This document shows, piece after piece, positions 12,761-25,700 of a stretch of 64,000 nucleotides of DNA. Source of the DNA: Lama glama (taxonomy: Eukaryota); the NCBI GenBank assembly GCA_028534125.1, contig CM052816.1, forward strand, positions 52,020,001 to 52,084,000, read 5' to 3'. Position 1 is the first letter of the stretch. Each line of letters opens with the position of its first letter. The notes under the pieces are model-generated. The model saw only the letters and a program-made list of their open reading frames with translations, searched no databases and was not told the DNA's origin. Position numbers and translations under genes: made by a program.

Positions 12761-13850
12761 ACATTACCTTGAAATGCAAGTGGGGCATTCATTAGAGAAA
12801 ACAGTTTCTAATTAAGGTAGAGAAGCTGGAGGAAATACCCTTATCATCATAGTTAAAAGGATGCCTCTCACTTCCTGCTTTTTTGTTTGTTAATTTGTTT
12901 GCATGTGCCTCCACCTGCCCTGACAATTTTTTCACAAATGTCATCCTGATGTTCACTGCAGCATTACTTACTACACCAAAGCAAAACTCTATAGTACTAA
13001 AACAACCTAAATATCCAACAGAAAATGTTTATTATACATTTGTGTGATAGAAAGAATGCTGTACGGTATTTAAAAGTAATGTTTGCAAAGATATTTTCTG
13101 GCAAAAACAAAATGCTCAATATAATGTTCAATAAGTGAAATCAAGATCCAAAACTGTACTTATATACAATATGATCTCAATTATGCTCCCCTTTAAAACG
13201 CCTATTAATTATATTTACACACAGAAGGAAATGCTCTAACAATTAAATACATAGTTTTCTCTGAGGGATGAGATTTCAGACAATTTTATTTTCTTATTTT
13301 ATAGTTCCCTTATTTTCAAGTTTACATAAATAAACATCACTCCTTTTTTGCAAATGAAATTAAAGTTTAATAATGTGTCTAAAGAGAAACTGTAAAGGAA
13401 ATACAAGTAATACAGATATTAAGAAATCAATGGGTAAAATGTGTGAATGCATTTTGAAAGCTAAATAGAATTATACAACATATCATTATTTAATTTTTAA
13501 TAATAATAATAATTTTCATTTCCATTGCAACTGCATAAAAATAGAAGATTAGACACTAATTAAGGTAGAGGTCTATTTGGGTTCATGAGCTAAGACAGTT
13601 TCAAGATCTGAAACTTCAGTCCTCTACATTCAATTATATATAAACAGACAAGCTCTACTTTTCATCCCTGACCAAATGTTCAAGAAATAACACAGTGCCT
13701 TAATTATTCTCTCAAAGAACTGGAATAAGACTGCAGGTATTTTCACAGGTATCCACTTGGGCTACAATGGTGCCAGAACAACCAATCATTTCTATATATA
13801 ATTCATGGAATCAGGAAATACACACTATCTATATCCATTCACTGATTTCC

Positions 13851-14108
13851 CTTTTTCCTCAGCTTTATTAAGATATTATTTACAGATAACACTATGTAAG
13901 CTTAAATTGTACAACATGATGATTTGATATACTATATGCTGTAAAATGATTACCATGATAAAGCTAGCTAACAAATTCAACGCTTCACACAGTAACCATT
14001 GTGTATGTGTTGAGAATATTTAAGATCTATTCTCTTAGTTAATTTCAACTATATAATAATACTGTATTGTTAACTACAGTCAACATGCTGTACATTAGAT
14101 CCCCAGAA
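13851..14108 (-). mobile_element. L1MA-type 3' end fragment
   Basis: cagctttattaagata...tgtacaacatgatgatttgatata...catgctgtacattagatccccagaa. Confidence 0.8.
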
Positions 14109-14664
14109 ACACTATTTTTATAAATTAAAAACTACTGTAAAAAATGTCTTCTTAATATGGCAGTTTATATCAAAAGAGAGAAAAATGAGTAAGCTATGGA
14201 TTTATTTATCTTTCACTATATATTTTAAACACTCTCTGTAAAAAAATTGAACTTTTAAAGAACAAATATCAATTTAGCTATATTTTTCTTCTAAAAAACC
14301 TATTAATCTCACTTTAATATATTTAATATTTATTATAGTCAGAAAGATCTATACAACATAAAGTATTTAAGTGACAAAGAAAAATTTCTTCACTGATCTA
14401 TCCTTTAAGCAATAGTCTTCTGCACTTAGTAAAAGTAATCTTCCAACTATTTCTTAAGGAATTTGTCATCCACTAAATTTTCTCCATAGAACTTAAAAAC
14501 CTTGGACTCATAAAGATGCCTACAAACTAGGCAGAGAAGCTATCTGGTCCTCAAAATGGACCATAAAATGAGCAGAACATACTCCTGCAACTTATCTGCT
14601 GTTTAAATGGCTCTCACTTAAATTTTAAAAATGTAATTGTGAAGAATTTAACATAACATTCTTA

Positions 14665-14870
14665 TAGCATTTTAGTTTACAAAACACGTTTCACATAGAT
14701 TATCTCAATTAATGTAATATTCCCACTTTCTTTATGAGGTAGGAATTATCATGCTCATTTTCCAGATGAGGAAATGGTTAAGCTTGAGAACCCACAGCTT
14801 GGTAAAGGTGGATCTAGAACTTGAACTTGGGTACTTTGCCTCAATATTCTGGGCATTCTGTACCACTTAA
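14665..14870 (-). mobile_element. MIR SINE
   Basis: tatgaggtaggaattatcatgctcattttccagatgaggaaa core. Confidence 0.65.
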
Positions 14871-17359
14871 CCAGATGGCATGCCACTGCCTCTTCAGCGC
14901 TGTAAGACAAGGACATGGCAGGAAAGTGGGAAGGAGGATGGCCTCAGATCAAACTGGCATGCTGAGAATGAACTTGTATAACATTCACAGAGGAAGTTAC
15001 AGCTAAGGCAATAGAATCACAAGATGCTACAGTTCAACCATTTAACGGCACATTTCCAGAGGCAACAGGTGAAAACTTGCCAACAAAACAAATAAAAGAA
15101 GATACTTCAGCCCAGAACAGAAAGACAGAATACATATAAATGCCCTTGTCCTTTGATTACATTTACAATGATGGCACAGGTTACAAGTAACATTCTCAGT
15201 TGTCTGATGTTTCAGACAACAGTATTCGCTGCTCTGGGTCAGGGAAGACTAAAACTTAATTAGACTTAGTGGCCAAAAAGTGGTAGCATAGATCAAAGCA
15301 TGGAAGATGTGGACTCACATTAAAAGATAAGAGATCTTATCAGAGTCAGGAGACAAAGCATAGGCAAGAACTGAAATGGCAGGGAGGGCTGTGTCTTCTA
15401 CATCCTCAGTGCTGGGTCCCTCATGGTGCTGAGCAGACACCAAGAAGAAAGCCTGTGCTGGAAGTCAGCAGCACGGGAGAGAGGCAGGGATGCTTTGGAG
15501 ACAACTGACCTGTTCCCTGACACCCCACTCCCCACCACATCCCGGCTCTCAGCCCTTTCAGCACAGGGCCAAGCACACGGAGGTTACATGGGTTACATAA
15601 ACTAGTCCTAATGCTTCCCTCAGATAAATATGGGCCCAAAGCTTTGCTTTGTGGACACACTTTCAGAAATATGAGGTGGAAACTATAACTTACTTTATGG
15701 GCTTTATGAATGTGGCCAGGTCCAACTGCAAAAGTTTTCCACCTAAACTGCAAATGTACCAAGACAGAGAAGGAGACTGAACATGAAAACTTTTCCCTCC
15801 TGGTTATGTATTTCTGGCTCTTAGATAAGGGCCAAGATCAACAGATGCTAAGGTACTAAACAAGGCTCTATTAATCAAGTTTGTCAGTTAGTAGAAGTTT
15901 GCCCTGGGAGAATGACTAGACCACTAAAGCCACAGTATCCTTATCCACAAAATAAACAGGATACTGTCATCCCAGGATGGTTGTGAAGCTGAGATGCGAT
16001 AACGTAAATGAGAAATGGAAAGTGCTTGGCTCTTTAACCCCAAATTAGCATTCAATAAATGGTAACTCTTACAATTGTATAACACAAAACAATGTTCATA
16101 AAATTCTAACAAGTTAGTGTCCTAGATGACATACTCTAATTTTACTTTGTTTTACTTTCCAAGAAAAAAGGACTAACTTATGCCTGGAGAAAGATGACTG
16201 CTTTAAATTAAATGTTCAGATAGACAGATAGATACATAGATGGAAATACAGACAGACAGGCATACATACACATGTAGACAGAAAGATGGTATGTAGACAG
16301 CAGACAGGAGATTTTCAAAAAGAAAAGTTTAAGCTAAATCCACTGTGTAAGGAGTAAAATGGGACTTACACCTAAATATCCTTAAAATATATTCCTCACC
16401 ACTCAGTAGTAAGGTAAAAATAAATATCTGTAAAAAATCTTATGACAACAAAATATTTTTTTCAAAAACACCATATTCAAAGATGTTCAGAATTAAATTA
16501 TAAAACAAGGATTGTGATTTGACTTCTTAGTACGTTATCATTACTGAATTAGAAGTAATTAACAGATACATTTCCAGAATAAAAAAGGTAGCTCTTCCAT
16601 TCTCTTGAAAGGAGTTTCACTCATTTTTGGACTCACTATTAAAACTCTTTGCTAAGTGGTAATGGCGAGCTAGCTTGTTCCAGACCCTCCCCAACCACTC
16701 CAACATGCACACACTAAGAACAATTAGAACAGTTGGACATGACACAACACACACACACACACACACTAACCCATCTGAAAGCATCAGTGAGCTAACAAGA
16801 TAGCCAGGACCTAAGGAGTAAAGATAACTCAAAGAAGTAAACTAGTGAATCTGACAATCTTTGAAGTTGTTCATCTCAAGGAATTTGCCAGTTTCTAAGC
16901 AGTACAGAGCCAAGAGGCCAAGCAGAAAGCAGCAGTTAAGAGCCTGGAAATCCGCACTGAGTTTTTGGCAGTCCCGTGGGGCTAAGGGGAGACCAAGGAG
17001 GGGGTTTTATAAACATCCAGAATTCCTGGTAAGACCTTAGAAAGGCTATACTTTAAAAATGAGGACAAACACAAAATAGAGCATTCTCACAAAGCCTGAA
17101 ACCTAGGTTTCACCTGCTCATTTTCAGAATGGATTAGTGTAAATGACCTCATATTAATGCCTGCAAGAAAGCAAAAGTAAGTCCTCTCTGAAGGAAAATA
17201 ACAGCATGCAGAGCCTCAAATTACCTCTTTGATTTTTCATACACAATGTCCAGCATCCAAACAAAATCACAAGGCATACAGGCACCCATTAGCTTACAGC
17301 TGAGCCTTGTGGAAACCGGCCCATAGAAATCTTGTAACTTTCCAGCCTGAAATTCGTAT

Positions 17360-18320
17360 TTTAGGATGAACCAATTCACACTCAAGAACTCAAGGTAGGA
17401 AGGCTAAAACCTTGCTTCTCAAATGGAAATGGTATATTCAAGAATATAGCTGGTCTGGCCCCCAGGAGCATCTCAGCTTTGTATTTGAACAAGCAGCAAG
17501 TATCCCTTTGTGGGAAAATTTATCTGCTCTACTACCTGAAGTAAAGCCACTGACTCAATGGGGCCCTTAATTCACAGAAATTCCCTAAATTCCCTGGCCC
17601 TGGTTCACGGATGGTTCGGCAAGGCTGAAGCAGAATGGCATCCACCAGGGTGCTGTGGCTACTCAACCATAGTGTCAGCTGTGCTGAAGCAAAAGCTGAT
17701 GCAGTCGCTGCGGTCAGGGGGCAGGGCTCAGACCTTTAGGCTGTTGCCAATGGCGTAGATGTTTGGTCTGCCACTTGGAAAACTATAGACGGGAAGGTTA
17801 AAGAGACCCTTCTTTGGAAACATGAACTTGGGAACAAACTATGTCTGCTGACTGAACTGCCTGGATCATTCCAGTAGATGCTCAAAGGAAGGGCCATGGG
17901 CCGATAGGAATCAAGCTGCTCATGGAGCCTGACTCTGTATCTAATGCAGAGGGCTACCAGTGCCGGGCAGACTTACAACAACTGCCAAAAGTTGACCTAT
18001 CTGTCTCATATTGTTTGTTTTCTGAGGGTGAGGTAATTAGGTTTCTTCACTGAATTCCGCTTGGAGGAGGTACCGGAGATTGAACCCAGGACCTCCTGGG
18101 TGCTGAGCATGCGCTCTACCACTTGAGCTACACCCTTCTCCCTACATGGGAGAGGTCATGTCACAAGGGGTGTTATCCCCACCTCCCCTTCCTGTCAGAC
18201 TGGCTACATCAGACCTTTGAAGCCCTCTCAGGGCTATCAGTGCTGCCTCACCACCACTGGTACTTTTTCAGGTTACTGGTTAGCTGTTTCCAGTCACTTC
18301 ACTGTGGCCCTTGAAACTCA
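17360..18320 (+). mobile_element. Decayed ERVL (class III ERV) internal pol fragment: tether/RNase H and integrase
   Basis: Translated motifs KWKWYIQ (17421), PLTQWGP and WFTDGSAR (17601, same frame with stops between), AVANGVDVWSATWK (17740), QTGYIRPLKPSQGYQCCLTTTGTFSGY (18196). Confidence 0.82.
18011..18142 (-). mobile_element. tRNA-derived camelid-type SINE (Vic-1-like) inserted in the ERVL remnant
   Basis: Minus strand reads gggagaagggtgtagctcaagtggtagagcgcatgc (A box), gggttcaatctcc (B box), aaacctaattacctc tail. Confidence 0.85.
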
Positions 18321-19179
18321 TCTGTGTACTCAACAATAAACTGATTGTCCACTCTCATTCCCTCTTGGTCCATATACTTTAGTGAGCCTGTTTGATCAGT
18401 CAATGCAGGTATTCCAAAGAAGAGGTCATCCCTTCTTGGCCACTTCAATGATCAGGACAAAGGGGGAAGAGTTAGAGGACACTGTGTAGATATATTTTCA
18501 AAATTGAGGATACTGTCTTGACCACTGCCGGGCATAATGCAGTTTCATTTCCCTAACAGCACCCCCAGGCCAGCCTGGATGACACCCCCTGCAGATGACA
18601 TCTTAGCTGAAAAAGGGAGTCAGGGATTCCAGTTTAACTCTGGTTAAGTTTCATAAAAGTACCTTGTTCCTCTTGCACCTGATCCTTCCAGATAAAAGGT
18701 GTAGGCACAAGTTGGGGATAACTGAAAACAAAGTGAAGTTAGAGCTACTGGATCAGGACACCCAGATTTGTGGCTATCACTGCTATGAAAATTTCTGTAC
18801 AAGTCTTTGGTGCATATACACGTATGCATTCCTAGAGGAACAGCAACAACTCAGTTCCTGCGGAGAGCACACCTCAGACACTAGGAGATATGAGGGAAGA
18901 AAGAATATCTTGGTTTTTTGTCTTTTAGGATTGCCCCAGGGGCCTTCCTCCAAAGGGAAAACACCCTAGTGTGGCAATCCAAAATTGCTGCAAGCACATT
19001 CTGTGTTCCCTACTGTTGCATCTTTTGTGATCCACTTGATTGCGCTGACCACAAAACAGCAAGAGAGAGTCCCCAGCTCCTGCACCTTCCACACAAAGCA
19101 CCTCCAGATGTAGTCTCCATCCCCACTCACTTTATGGGCAGACAAATGCCATAAAGAAAAAGATAGATAGAGGGTTTTT

Positions 19180-20195
19180 TTTGATAAAGTTTTAAACTTC
19201 TTTTCATCAAACAACACTTTTAAGAAAATAGAAAGGCAAACTAGAGCAGAGGAAAATATTCGCAATATGTATAACTGACAAAGGACTTGTGTCTTCATAT
19301 ATACTAGGATGAACAAGATGAAATTCTGATATTCAATCATTTTTTAAACTCAAAAATGGCAATTTGTATAGCTTAACTTAATATTTGAAAATTCCTACAG
19401 ATCAATAAGACAACTCAATAAAAATGGGCAAAAGATAAAGATATTCAACTGTATTATCAGAGAAATGAAAATGAAAACCAAAAGGAGATACTACTACACA
19501 CCCATTAGAGTGCTTAAAACTAAAAAGATTGATAATATCAAGTGCTGACAAGGATGCAGAGCAACTGGAATTCATATACACTGCTGGTGGGAACATAAAC
19601 TGATATAACTACTTTGGTAGATTGTTTAGCAGTAATTATTGAAACTGATTATAAGTAAGTCCTATGGAACGTTTCATTCCTAGATATATACCTAACAGAA
19701 ATGTAAACCTGTATGTGCACAAAAGACTTGTATAAGAATTTCCATTGCCATATTATTCATAGCAGCTTCAATTTGGAAACAACCAAATGTCTGTCTATCA
19801 ACAGTAGACAAAGATTGGATGAAGAAACTGATACTTATCCAGTGGAATACTACCACAAAATGAAAAGGAATGAACCGCAACATCCAAAGCCATAGATGAA
19901 TCTCACAGATATGATGTTGAGGAAAAGAAGCCTGACACAAAAAAGTAATACTGCATGAGTCTATGATGAAGTTCAAAAACAGGCAGAAGCAATCTATGAT
20001 GTGAGAAATAAGGATGGGGGCTCCCCATGGGTAGGAGTAGTGAAGAGGAATGGACATGACATTAGTTTCTGGAAGGCTGATCATGTCAATGGTTTGATCT
20101 GGGTGCTGCTAGAAAAATATATTCCTTTTTTGAAAATTCATGAAGGAACACACTTATGAATTGTGCACTTTTCTATATGTATGCTATACTTTGAA
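19180..20195 (+). mobile_element. Old L1 (L1MB/L1ME-like) ORF2 end and 3' UTR
   Basis: actactacacacccattagagtgct, gagcaactggaattcatatacactgctggtggg, tggaaacaaccaaatgtc, gatgaatctcacagatatgatgttgagg. Confidence 0.8.
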
Positions 20196-21981
20196 AAATA
20201 GGTTTATATTTAATTTATTGTTAAGACACTCAAATAATTTTAATATTAAGATATTAAAAAGTGAAGAGAAATAGGAAGCCAGTCAGGACGAGAAGACAGA
20301 AACTATATTATTGGAAAGATCTTATTGATAACATGAGGATGTACAACTGCTACTGAAGGAAGAGAAGATGGTTTACAAGGCATAAATATTAGTTAGTGAA
20401 AGTAATATTTACTAGCTTGATTAATACACTAGACATGTCAGTAATAATGTCTATCACACCCACCAAACTTTACATGAAACTCCCTCACCCACAGCCTTTG
20501 CTGTTGGACAGTGAATCCATGGACCAATCAGAGACCAATGGTCTTGTGTAGCCCCCAAATGTGAACTGAAGCAGATTCCCTCTCACAAAAATATAAGCCT
20601 GAAAATACTGCATGAATAAGAGATGCTACATTGAGAACTGAAGCAGTAAAAAGCAGAGATAAAGGGGTTACAACACGTTGAGTCAGTACCATGAGAGGCA
20701 TGGCAGCCTGAAGTTAAGGGAAGCAGAAATTATAAGAAAACAGAAGCAGTGAGGAACCAAAGAGGCACATTCACAGTGAAAAACATGTCAGCCAGTACCA
20801 ATGTCCAAAGAATAGCTAAATCACAATAAAGGTAGAGCAATACTTGCCCTTACATTGCCTTACTATATTCCCACTGTCCCCTCACCACACACACAGGTAT
20901 CCATTATTCAAGACAACTTGAGTTCCTATTTCTCCCTTGCAATAAGAGTCTAAAGCAAATAATCATATGACAGAAGCTAACTAACCGTAGAAACCCTAGG
21001 AAAAGCAAACTACACACTTGATTAATGAAACCCTAGTAATTGTCTTAAAATAGCATTGGCTACTGTTTTAGAATTGATTTTGAAAATGGATGAAACCCTG
21101 GCTTATAGATGACATCCTGATTGTTGCAAAACTAGGCAAAATTCTGAGTGATGAGACATATTAATGACATCAGAGGAGAAAGCACTCACTCTTGACTCTA
21201 AACAAGACTCTTCCAGCTGCTGGTAAATGGACTTCAATAAAGAAAAAAAGATCTCTCAGTAAGAGAATCACCAATAATTTAATTTTCCCTAGAGTGCGGT
21301 TGAATCATAAAATACCTTTACACCATGATCTTGGTTAAACAGCTGATTTCAAATTTCTCTTCTTTAGGATTTAACATGCCAGAACTTATTTAAAAGCTAA
21401 TTCTACTATCTTTATGTCTTCACAACTACTGTCTTCAGTTTTTTCCTTTCTAATGATATCAAGGCAGCAAAAAGATGATGACAATTACAATGACACACAT
21501 TAAAACAGAAACACATTACCAACTCTTTCCAAGATCATTCTTTTCAGAGATACACCTAATACAATCTTCAGTGCCAAACAAGGGCTATGCCAAAGAGGAA
21601 CATTTTCCTTATTTACAAGTGAACTAATACAATGTCTGTCTGGGACTTGCTTTAAAGTAGTCAAACAATTTTTTAAAAAGGCACGTGTGAAGAAAAACAG
21701 AGAAAACAAGAAAGCAGAAAGTTGAAGATTGTTGCTGGGTGAGGAGTATAGTGGTGTTCCCTGAACTGTTCTATTTTGTCTGTGTTAAATTGAAAGTACT
21801 TTTTAAGAGGAAGGAAGTAACCCTAGTAATGAAAGCAAGAAGAAGAAAATAAAAAATAAAGAATTATAATAGAAAGGGGGTAATAAGAACACCAGCTGAC
21901 AAATGTGCTGACTATCCATGTGTTGGGCTTATGTTAAGAGCTTGGTGTGGACTATTGCCTGTGGTCTCACAACAACCCAAT

Positions 21982-22703
21982 TGTAACCAAGCAGGACCCC
22001 ATTGTCATCAGTGACCATCTGATATCTGCAATGGCATTTGTAACTGCTTAACTATATAATGGTTTAAAAGGTTTTTCTCATGCTCTTGCTGACCAGGGTT
22101 AGGCTGGAAAGAAGGGAGGATTGGTTATGGTGCTGGTGCTGTGTGCAGGGCTCACACTCAGTGCCCTGCTTCTGACCCCAGTGCCCTCCTCTCAACCCCT
22201 TGCGGTTTCCTTGTATTCTGTTGTTTGAGCTGCAGGCCTCAGCCTGCAGCAGGAGGTCTCAGGCCTCAGTCTGCTTAAAAGGTTAAAAGCATTTATCAAT
22301 CTAACTTTAAAATGCACAGATTTTTCTCTAGAGCTCTTTTCCACAGAGCCCCTTCCTATGCGTCCTTTGTTCTAGGTACAAGAATATTAAGAGAGTCTCA
22401 AAGCCAGAGATGAACTTCATACTCAGCAGAGGGAAGGGGACCACTGCATCTGCAAAAGCAAGAACAAGTTTGCAACAATTTGAGATCTCTATGGAAACTA
22501 GCTCCACTCCCTTGAACTCTCAAACTTTTATTATAAAACTCCCTGCCTTGTCTCCCCAGTAGTCTCACAGTTTTAGAAGCATTAGCTCATTGTGATCTCC
22601 TTTGCCTAGCAAAGAAATAAAGCTGCCTTTTCTACTTCATCCAAAACTCTGTCCTTGAGTCTCAATTCGGTAAGTGGGGTACGAAGGCTGTGTTTCAGCA
22701 ATA
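21982..22703 (+). mobile_element. ERV1-type solo LTR inserted in a MIR
   Basis: Starts TGTAAC, TATAAAA at 22532, AATAAA at 22616, ends cagcaata. 4-bp TSD CAAT at 21978-21981 and 22704-22707. MIR sequence resumes on both sides. Confidence 0.8.
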
Positions 22704-25700
22704 CAATGACATAGGTACTCTCATGATCCCCATCACAGGCAAGGGTCCAGACTTAGACAGAGAAATTGCTCATCATGTATCTGGGAAGCCGCTGAGTGGA
22801 GACTGAAATCCCTGTGGTTTCACTCCTGAACTGAACTGAACAATATGACCATTTGACCTGGGAATTGATATCCTTAAAGTTAAAAGGAAGTAAATCCACA
22901 CTGGATATGAGTGGTCTCCTATTCCTATGCATCACTGATATTATCTAGTTATGACTTCTTCTGTAATGAGTTATAATGTTACACAATGAGCCACAGGCCA
23001 GGCTCCTATCTCCCCATTTCCACATTTTTTAGCCCAGGAAACCTCCTAGCTTCCTAATCGTGTCTCTATTTGACAGTACTAACTCCACTGTTTACATTAG
23101 TCACACAAATCGCAAGAGCCCATAAATACAGTTCAGGAAATGAATCAGGCATTGTCTAAATTAAATCAGACAATGACGAAATAAAACATTTCAGGAACCT
23201 GAAAAGAATGCAAATAACAGTAACCAGGGTCCCTCGGATCCCTGCTGTTTCCTTCATCATAGGTCTCAGCAATGTCACAACAGTAAGTATGGAAAGAGCT
23301 AATAAAAGAAATTATGGCCTACATCAAAAATAATAAAGCACTAAAGATCAATAAATTTTGTTTTTAAGCAAGCTTTCCTTAACGTTTTATTTGTATCTTT
23401 GCTGATCTTAGGAGAATCCCCTTTCCTTAACTTACTGCATGCTGATGCTGTAAGTTATACTTATATAGGTCTCCCCAACTTTCTCAGTTCTTCATAATTC
23501 AAAAAGCAAAGAAACATTTACATAAACACAGATCAACTCAAATTTGTTTTTTTTTCCATGCCCTCTCCCTAAAAGTACATTTAGAGTAATTTGCATCACT
23601 ATGAGGAGTTTTAAGAAAAACTATTTGAATCTTCATTTTTCATGAATTGTAAGTTTTTCAAGTGCTGGTTAAAAGGAAAAGTGTGAGAGCATGTTGCTTT
23701 CTACATCTTTGCTCCACTCACTGATAACAATATTTTCTCAAATAAATGAAAAAGGAAAACTTGCAGCTGTTTCTCCCCCCAAATATATGCACAATCATAT
23801 CTGAATTCCTTGGGGAAAAATGGTAAAATACACTCTTTGGTGGAGCCAAAATAATGTATTTATAACTTCACAATCAGGTAATGTTTGAAAATTACACTAA
23901 CTGAAATGTAATGAATAATTTTGGAATAATGGTTAATTTTTGGAATAATGGCCCAATGTTACACAAAAACCAAACATTTACCACAGTGCTATATTGATAC
24001 CTAACAAATGTCATGTCTAGTTTTGTTTCAATATTAACTAATATTTTACTATACATAGTTTTGAATTAAGGTAAACTAATTTCAGAGAGGAATTTATACT
24101 GTGATTAACTTAATAGAATTATTAGTTCTGAAAAATAAAGCTCCCCAAATTGTACACAGATTGGATTTACAACTCCTGCCTTGAAATGTTAGGGATACAG
24201 ATAAAAATCTGTTAAAACTCCAACATCTGTAACTGTGTAACAACTGTTTAATATTTAATGACGGAAGATAAACTCAATAAACATACAACAAACACAAACA
24301 TATGGGCACATATCCCTTTCTTGTAGGACAAATGAACAGGCATAAAAACATAAAGCTACTTTAAAATTGTGAAAATTATGATTTCAGACCTAAGTAAATC
24401 CATGCTGTTTGTCAATCTGGCTTATTTCATTATAAAATAATCTTAAATACTAATTTTTTCTATTCCACAAAATTAAAATTATATTGACTGTAGCATGCTT
24501 ATGTATTGAAAAAACAAAGTCGACTAAAAAGTATAATCTGTATGAAACAAACAGCAATATCAACAATTGTTTTAACAAACTCTCAACGTTCACTTGCTAA
24601 AACCAGAAACATCTGGTTATCATACATGCTTTAGGACTTACCACCCAATGAAAGGAAAATATCTCTACTTTTCAATTCTCAAAAGAAGGAAAAACTTTGT
24701 TATCACACTGCAAATATTTTCCACCATTTAATAGTACATTTAGCTCTTGCTTATTAAAGTCCATGGAAAAATACTTGTCACAACAAAAATTCATTTTTAT
24801 GTACATCTGTCACATCAATGATAAATTTCTCTAGGTTGAATTCTTATTGATAAGTACAATAATATAAATAGTATGATTTAATGTAGCCAAAATTAAAACA
24901 GGACATTTTGCTAATCCATAGATTATTTTTCTTCATTTAAATCTAAATTGGAAGACTGACTACAAAGTTCAAGTGATAAAGTATTTCTTTCCTAAATTAT
25001 ATTTTAAAACGTTTTACAAGATTTAAGACTTTTTTTATTCCGTTTGCCCTTATTTGTGTTCCATAGGCAGAGGTCGAAAAGAAAATACTGAATTGGTTAT
25101 TAAACTTCAGTTAAGAAACGTGAATTAGAACGAAAACCCACCCTTCACAAATACTTCAGGGCTTGCACGCAGCTCTGCCTAATTCGATAAAACGATTAAA
25201 ATCCTCTGCTCGTGGTCAAGTTAGGAAGGCTAAAATCACTGGCTAGAAATGAGGTGACAGGGGAAATCCCTTTAAAATTAAATCAAAATGTTTAATTCAG
25301 CACAAATATGACAAGTATCCTCTACTTTAAACCTCCAGAACGAAGGAGATATTTTCCCCCCAAACAATGAATCAGCCTGAAAACTTAACATTACCAGGAA
25401 AATAAAAATAAAGATGGCTTTGTTCCTATATGTCTCTCCTGCAGCAGGGAGGACAGCTACAACCACTCAGATGGACTAACTGGGATGCATACTTTCACCC
25501 TGAGAGCAAATATTTTCAAAGATCTGCTACTGAATTAAATGAATGAATGCCACGTTAAACTGTTTAAACGTAAATCCCATTTTTTCCTTGAAAATGTAAT
25601 ACTCTGCAACTGTATTTCTCAAGAATCAAAACTGTCCTTTAAAGTGTTTTGGGCGAAATAAGGATAAACAAAACAGTGATTCACAAACTACAACCTCAAC

